From positions 9,977-73,976 of the forward strand of contig CAZVMH010000004.1 in assembly GCA_964628585.1 (NCBI GenBank): a stretch of DNA of 64,000 bases, given 5' to 3'. Positions within the stretch are counted from its first letter, which is position 1. The number at the start of each line of letters is the position of its first letter. Positions 59,100 to 64,000 of the stretch are shown in pieces. The position numbers and the translations under genes were made by a program. This DNA is from an uncultured Candidatus Saccharibacteria bacterium. Lineage in GTDB: Bacteria > Patescibacteriota > UBA1384 > XYA2-FULL-43-10 > 1-14-0-10-43-13. The notes below the pieces were generated by a model. The model ran no database searches and was not told the origin of the DNA. It was given only the letters and a program-made list of their open reading frames with translations.

Positions 59100-59957
59100 T
59101 TACGATTTAAACTTACCTAATCGATTAAATATCCCGTCAAACCAGGCTCTGACAATTAGGAAAAAATTTTTAAATTTATTAGGTTGATAATAGATCAAGT
59201 AAAAGCCTTCTCGGATAGAATTACGCAATGCTCGCAACATCCAAGCAGGCTGTTTCCAAAAATATCTTCGGAACAAAATTATGCCATTTCGTACAATGTA
59301 GTAAACTCGCAATGGCGAATGTTCATGGTAAATCGCCCCTCGAAGAGTTCTTCTTGTCGTCGCTTTCCCAATTTCGTGCACGAGTTTAACATTATTAGTT
59401 GTTATTGTTCGATACCCTAAGTTTCTAATTTTAAGGTTAATGTCGGTGTCGACATGATCGATCATCAGTTTCTCATCAAAACCGCCGCATTCTATAAGTG
59501 CTTCCACACTGTTTAAGCATCCTGAGCTAATGATGTACCAGTCATTTTCAATCTCGTTTCCCGAGCCCAGTTTGTAGGGTCGCTGATTCCAGCAGATTAG
59601 TCCAATATGGTCGTATTTATCTATTAGCTTGACATACTCCTCGCTTAAATTTGGCGGTATAACGCTGTCTTGGTCCATCGTCAACAGCCACTTACTTTTA
59701 CGAGTTAATGACTTTTTGTAGCCAGCATTCAATGCGTGTGCGATGCCCATATTTTTCTTTATATCGCAGAACTCAATCTTTGAACCAACTTTGTCAATCA
59801 ATTTTTTTACATCTGCAACATTCTTTGACCCGTCATCGACAACAAGAACATTCTCGAATTGAAGTAAAAGCGCTCGGAGATTTTTCTCGAGCAAAGTTAT
59901 TTTTGGATTGTAGGTGGCCACAACTACTTGCGTAATAGCAGAGAGTTCTTTGCTCAT
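59100..59957 (-). CDS. GT2 rhamnosyltransferase-like
   Basis: VATYNP, VDDGS, NMGIAHALN, MDQDS, ISSG, FDEKLMIDHVD, YYIVRN. Confidence 0.85.
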   Translation of the reverse strand: MSKELSAITQVVVATYNPKITLLEKNLRALLLQFENVLVVDDGSKNVADVKKLIDKVGSKIEFCDIKKNMGIAHALNAGYKKSLTRKSKWLLTMDQDSVIPPNLSEEYVKLIDKYDHIGLICWNQRPYKLGSGNEIENDWYIISSGCLNSVEALIECGGFDEKLMIDHVDTDINLKIRNLGYRTITTNNVKLVHEIGKATTRRTLRGAIYHEHSPLRVYYIVRNGIILFRRYFWKQPAWMLRALRNSIREGFYLIYYQPNKFKNFFLIVRAWFDGIFNRLGKFKS

Positions 59958-59958
59958 A

Positions 59959-60768
59959 TTATTTGTTAGTTTTTAACATTTTTATCGGCCAGCGAATCGC
60001 TTTCATTACAAAAGTGGCAATAGATCCATTGTGTTTGTGCCAATAGTAATCCTGACTTTCGTAGTAGTGTTTTTTTCTCGTTTTATTATTCGTTGATTGG
60101 CTCTCTAAATGGACAATTTTTGCACTATTTAGAACTGCGTTTTTGTAACCCAGCTCAACCACTCTTTTACATAAATCGTCGTCTTCCAGATACATAAAAA
60201 TCTTTTCGTCGAAACCGCCAATCTGGTCGAAAGTCTCTTTTTTAATCATTAGGGCGGCGCCAGTAACAATGTCGGTATAAAAAAATACCTCGGAGTGATC
60301 AATTTTTTTATAATTATATCTTCGAATTGTTAAACCCGCTAAGCTTTGGAACCTGCCGAAGAAATACTTTTGCATTTTCTTGCATTCAATATCGTTATAT
60401 AAAAGACAGGTCAGAGCCCCAATCTCATTATGTTGAGAAATAAACTCACACATTTTCTGAATTGAATCATCAATTATTAAAGTGTCGGGATTAAGGAGTA
60501 AAAGATACTTACCTGAAGCTTTCTTTGCTCCCAGATTATTGGCAGAACCAAAACCATTGTTTTGGCCGGCAGTTAGCAGTCGGCAGTTAACAGGCATAAT
60601 CTTGTTGATATCTGTATCCTGTATTCTGTCGTCTAGCTTTGGATTATTTTCAACAATAATGACCTCATAATTGAGATTCAAGTGTTTCTTGATTGATTTA
60701 AGACAGTCATAAACCAAATTAGAGGTATTATAATTAACAATTATTATGGAAAGATCAATTTCTTTCAT
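59959..60768 (-). CDS. GT2 glycosyltransferase (WbbL-like)
   Basis: SIIIVNYN, NNGFGSANN, LLNPD, GGFDEKIFMYLEDDD. Confidence 0.88.
   Translation of the reverse strand: MKEIDLSIIIVNYNTSNLVYDCLKSIKKHLNLNYEVIIVENNPKLDDRIQDTDINKIMPVNCRLLTAGQNNGFGSANNLGAKKASGKYLLLLNPDTLIIDDSIQKMCEFISQHNEIGALTCLLYNDIECKKMQKYFFGRFQSLAGLTIRRYNYKKIDHSEVFFYTDIVTGAALMIKKETFDQIGGFDEKIFMYLEDDDLCKRVVELGYKNAVLNSAKIVHLESQSTNNKTRKKHYYESQDYYWHKHNGSIATFVMKAIRWPIKMLKTNK
60566..60636. repeat. In-frame inverted heptamer arrays inside the GT2 gene
   Basis: + strand CCGGCAG TTAGCAG TCGGCAG TTAACAG ... TCTGTAT CCTGTAT TCTGTCG TCTAG. Confidence 0.78.
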
Positions 60769-62180
60769 TTTGTTAACATTCTTTTAATTACAGAATAGTT
60801 GGCAACTCCAAGCAATTGGCTCATTAAAAGGAAGAAGAAAGTGCTAATTGCAATGAGAAATAGAAAGTTTATTTCAAATATTTTTACCCAAAAGGCAAAA
60901 GACAGGGTCAGAGCAAACAAGAGTATGCTTTTTGACAGTGAGTAAAAATCTAATCTATAAGAGATAATTTTTTTGGTGTAATAAATATTTATGCCCAGTA
61001 GAGCTAGTTCTGAAAGGAGAGTAGTAAAGGCAGCTCCCATAAAAGAATAAAGGGGGATAAAGATCAAATTCATTATAAAGTTAAAAATCAAAATGAAAAT
61101 CGAAACTCTAATTAACAATTTTCTTTCGTCGTTTGCAATAAGAATTTCTCCCAGAAGAGTATCAATAAATATCAATGGTAAAGAAAAGGCGAGTAACACA
61201 AGAGCCTTAGATCCAGATGCAAAGTCAGCGTTACTCAAAAACACAATAATTTCTCTTGAATAAGCGATTGAAATAGTCGCAATTGGGATTACCAATACTA
61301 CCAAGACGGTTATAGATTTAGTAATAATTTCTCCTAACCGATCCTTGCTGTCTTTTATGTATTGAGAGATTGTTGGTTTAAGAGAGGCGGCAAAATATCC
61401 GGCTACAAAAACTGTTACTTCCAAAACTTTATAGGCGACAGAATAAATGCCGACAGCTTCAGCTCCTTTAATTGAGAATAACATCAATGTATCGAGCTTG
61501 AAGTAAAGGTTGTTAACAATAAATACCAAACCAAGTGGCCAGGAAATACTAAAGACCCAGTTAAATATTTTTTTGTCATAGGCGGGAGAGATGGAAATAA
61601 ATTTTTTAGCAAAAATCCATTTAAATAAGAAAATTAGTATTCCAGAAAGGGAAACAGTTCCGACAATCCAAACAAAACCGAAGTGATTAATAATTAGTAG
61701 ATAAAGAGCCGAGAGAGTAACTAATTTACTTAGAAATTCAGCTAGAGCCGAGTACTGCATCTTCAAGCGATATTGAAGTACCATGTCATAAATACTGGCC
61801 AAGAGATTGAAGAACAAGTACCCAGTCGCGATCAAGACACCCATCTTAATTTCTGTTGGGTAGTTAGTAGTGTATGCAATCAAAACAGCAGTAACGGTGG
61901 CAACCAGAGCAGAAATCAGACGGAGCAGAAACACATTGGAGACAATCTTCTTTTCCTGGTCGGGATTTTTAGATACCTCTCTTACTGTAGCTGCAAAAAG
62001 GCCTAGATCTGCAATCACAATAAAGAAGTTTACATAGGTAACAATTGTATTGTAATTACCAATTCCAGAAGGGCCTAAGTAATTTGAAAGTAGTTTAATT
62101 GAAATCAATGAAAAAACAAGAGTTACCACACGGACAACAATTTGGGAGGCAGTATTTACGAAAATAGTTTTTTTGTTCAA
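60765..62180 (-). CDS. Wzx/MATE-like polysaccharide flippase
   Basis: YLGPSGIGNY, ADLGL, YFKLDTLML, VGIYSVAYK, MGAAFTTL. Confidence 0.88.
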   Translation of the reverse strand: MNKKTIFVNTASQIVVRVVTLVFSLISIKLLSNYLGPSGIGNYNTIVTYVNFFIVIADLGLFAATVREVSKNPDQEKKIVSNVFLLRLISALVATVTAVLIAYTTNYPTEIKMGVLIATGYLFFNLLASIYDMVLQYRLKMQYSALAEFLSKLVTLSALYLLIINHFGFVWIVGTVSLSGILIFLFKWIFAKKFISISPAYDKKIFNWVFSISWPLGLVFIVNNLYFKLDTLMLFSIKGAEAVGIYSVAYKVLEVTVFVAGYFAASLKPTISQYIKDSKDRLGEIITKSITVLVVLVIPIATISIAYSREIIVFLSNADFASGSKALVLLAFSLPLIFIDTLLGEILIANDERKLLIRVSIFILIFNFIMNLIFIPLYSFMGAAFTTLLSELALLGINIYYTKKIISYRLDFYSLSKSILLFALTLSFAFWVKIFEINFLFLIAISTFFFLLMSQLLGVANYSVIKRMLTK

Positions 62181-62181
62181 T

Positions 62182-63459
62182 TTAGCCCTTGATACTTCTT
62201 GCGATATTGTTTGATTTTTTCCTGCGAACGTACTTCAAGATAGCAAAAATCGCTAATGCTAGCAAGACAATGATCCCTAAAACATAGAGGATGGTTTGTT
62301 TATCGAACTTGCTCAAAAAAGATTTGGTCTGTTCGGCTTTAACTTGCAGAGAAGGGGCATTGATATCGTCAGTAGTCAGAATGTTTATTGATCCACCCTT
62401 GGATTGAGAGATCTCAAAAACTATTTCATCGGAAACGGGAGTCAAGACTTTTAAGAGTTGTCCCTGAATAGTCAATTTATGATATCCGGCAACAATTGGG
62501 TAGTCGAGTAAAACCTGAAATTTCCCTTCCGCATCGGCTATCGCAGAAAGCAATTTCCCTTCTGGAAGGGTTGGTGTTGGCGTAAGTGTTAAGGTGGCAG
62601 TAAAACCTGGTTCGGTCACACCAGAAATGATTATCCCAGTCACTGTTCCGTCTGTGATAGTATTGATAAAGCTATCGGACTTTTCGATTTTAATGTCTTT
62701 TGGAGCAGAAAGAGTAGCGTCAATTTTTGCATCGGGCTCTTTTATGGTTATTTTAAAATGTGACGCACTACCCCAACCATCGGCCTTGTGAGCGCGAATG
62801 TGAAAGTAGTAAACGCCAATTGCTTTGTCGGGGTAGGAAATTGAGGTATTGGCATCGGTTGCCTTAGCTGCTGGCGTAGTATCGGCAACTTGATCAAGCA
62901 GGTATGAAAAATTATCAACGCCGGCATCTTTAACCCACGAAAGGGCAATGGTAGTTGCTTCGTAAGCGGTTGACGGATCGGGATGAGTAGATGATGAAAC
63001 CTTTACGACTCCTGGTAAATCGGGCGCTTTCTGAATAGTGAAGTTGGTGCCACCGGCTCCAGAGCCAACAACTGCCCCAGCATTTTTTAAAGATGCACCA
63101 GACACGCTTACAGATCCACTCCCAACACCCGTACCCTTAAGCTTGATTGTAGCGACGGTGAAAGAAGTTTTTTTATCTCCCAAAAATGCGCCGTTAAATG
63201 AGCCGCCATTTGTGGGCTTATTTATCCAAGTTGCATCACCAGCAGTAAATGAAGTAATCGACACTGGCCCAGAGACAGAAATTGAACCAGAAACAGTGTC
63301 AAATGTTGCACCAGAAGCCACCACATTTATAGTAAGAGTCGAACCAACAGTAACAGTTTTTCCGCCAGAGGCATAAATTCCACCAGCCGCCAGAGATTTG
63401 GTTGGTAAAGATACGATAATTATTGCCAGTATGGCTAGTGTTGATAGAAATTTCTTCAT
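62182..63459 (-). CDS. Surface protein: signal peptide, cohesin-like beta-sandwich, Ig-like domains, C-terminal TM anchor
   Basis: TVTVGSTLTINVV...TVATIKLKGTGVGSGSVSV; GVYYFHIRA; C-terminal TM followed by RRKK. Confidence 0.65.
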   Translation of the reverse strand: MKKFLSTLAILAIIIVSLPTKSLAAGGIYASGGKTVTVGSTLTINVVASGATFDTVSGSISVSGPVSITSFTAGDATWINKPTNGGSFNGAFLGDKKTSFTVATIKLKGTGVGSGSVSVSGASLKNAGAVVGSGAGGTNFTIQKAPDLPGVVKVSSSTHPDPSTAYEATTIALSWVKDAGVDNFSYLLDQVADTTPAAKATDANTSISYPDKAIGVYYFHIRAHKADGWGSASHFKITIKEPDAKIDATLSAPKDIKIEKSDSFINTITDGTVTGIIISGVTEPGFTATLTLTPTPTLPEGKLLSAIADAEGKFQVLLDYPIVAGYHKLTIQGQLLKVLTPVSDEIVFEISQSKGGSINILTTDDINAPSLQVKAEQTKSFLSKFDKQTILYVLGIIVLLALAIFAILKYVRRKKSNNIARSIKG

Positions 63460-63473
63460 TTTGTTTTTCCTTT

Positions 63474-63820
63474 CGTCATCCTGAACTTGTTTCAGGATCC
63501 CGTATTATTGTATTTATATGTTAAATCTTCGAAATTTGGGTTCACGGACTTGATTAAATTTAGTTTCCACTCCCTGTGCCAATTTTTCAATTGTTTTTCT
63601 CTAGCAATTACACTTTTTGCATCAGGAGATTCTTCAAAATAAACTAGTTTTGTAAGATTATATTTTTTAGTAAACCCTGGTGCTGTACCATTTGCGTGTT
63701 CGCCGATTCTTCTCTCCAGATTGTTTGTCATCCCAATATAAAAAACGGAATTATTTTTATTGGTTGTAATATAAACAAAAAACATTGTGTTTGAGATCCT
63801 GAAACAAGTTCAGGATGACG
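63474..63820. mobile_element. GIY-YIG gene bracketed by perfect 26-bp CGTC-tagged palindromic inverted repeats
   Basis: CGTCATCCTGAACTTGTTTCAGGATC (63474-63499) and GATCCTGAAACAAGTTCAGGATGACG (63795-63820). Confidence 0.85.
63492..63785 (-). CDS. GIY-YIG nuclease family protein
   Basis: FVYITTNKNNSVFYIGMTNNLERRIGEH, FTKKYN..KLVYFE, AREKQLKNWHREWK. Confidence 0.92.
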   Translation of the reverse strand: MFFVYITTNKNNSVFYIGMTNNLERRIGEHANGTAPGFTKKYNLTKLVYFEESPDAKSVIAREKQLKNWHREWKLNLIKSVNPNFEDLTYKYNNTGS

Positions 63821-63828
63821 CTAAAGCG

Positions 63829-64000
63829 TCATTTACCCCAAGCATCGGCCAAAATCGAAAGATCAGTACTATCTACTACCCCATCACCATTGAAATCTGC
63901 CCCTGTATTAGCAGCCACACTCTTGCCCCATTGGTCAGCCAGTATCGAAAGATCAGTACTGTCTACTGCGTTATCCCCGCTAGCATCTCCGGCTTTTCTT
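63829..64000 (-). CDS. C-terminus of a dockerin-domain protein (5' end outside window)
   Basis: ...GDASGDNAVDSTDLSILADQWG...ADFNGDGVVDSTDLSILADAWGK*: duplicated Ca-binding loop-helix motif. Confidence 0.85.
   Translation of the reverse strand, partial: RKAGDASGDNAVDSTDLSILADQWGKSVAANTGADFNGDGVVDSTDLSILADAWGK

Overview
Low-GC bacterial window, most consistent with a Patescibacteria (CPR) chromosome; this is inferred from gene content and style, and the genetic code is 11. It has three zones. (1) 1-20.2 kb is one minus-strand operon resembling the chromosomal Patescibacteria type IV secretion-like locus: a secreted protein, a VirB6/TrbL-like gene, a HEXXH protein, PrgI, a PrgI/VirB4 partner, VirB4, two peptidoglycan hydrolases and a PEGA/beta-propeller protein. 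It ends in a giant (>2016 aa) secreted helical-repeat protein that runs off the window edge and is absent from the ORF track. Three small inverted-repeat-bounded insertions sit at its cistron boundaries: a 162-nt hairpin, a four-helix-bundle pseudogene with heptamer-array flanks, and a GIY-YIG pseudogene. (2) 20.4-29 kb holds envelope and housekeeping genes (uppP, Xer recombinase, murE, FemAB, tsaD, RhuM-Fic/Doc, dedA, Phd-like) plus an unannotated ~48-aa ORF with a perfect sigma70 promoter. (3) 29-64 kb is a large surface-glycan region: manC, rmlACBD, a pseudaminic-acid-type cluster lacking a recognisable pseG and bracketed by two paralogous flippases (one split at an A8 tract), GT-C/GT2/GT4 genes, SAM-I riboswitch-metK, a cohesin-like and a dockerin protein, and a GIY-YIG gene between perfect 26-bp inverted repeats. 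The most unusual recurring signal is short 7-8 nt periodic arrays, often inverted pairs, that flank the four-helix-bundle gene and also lie in-frame inside core genes (xer, rmlD, GT2, tsaD, uppP). All calls are by eye from sequence motifs; no database searches were run.
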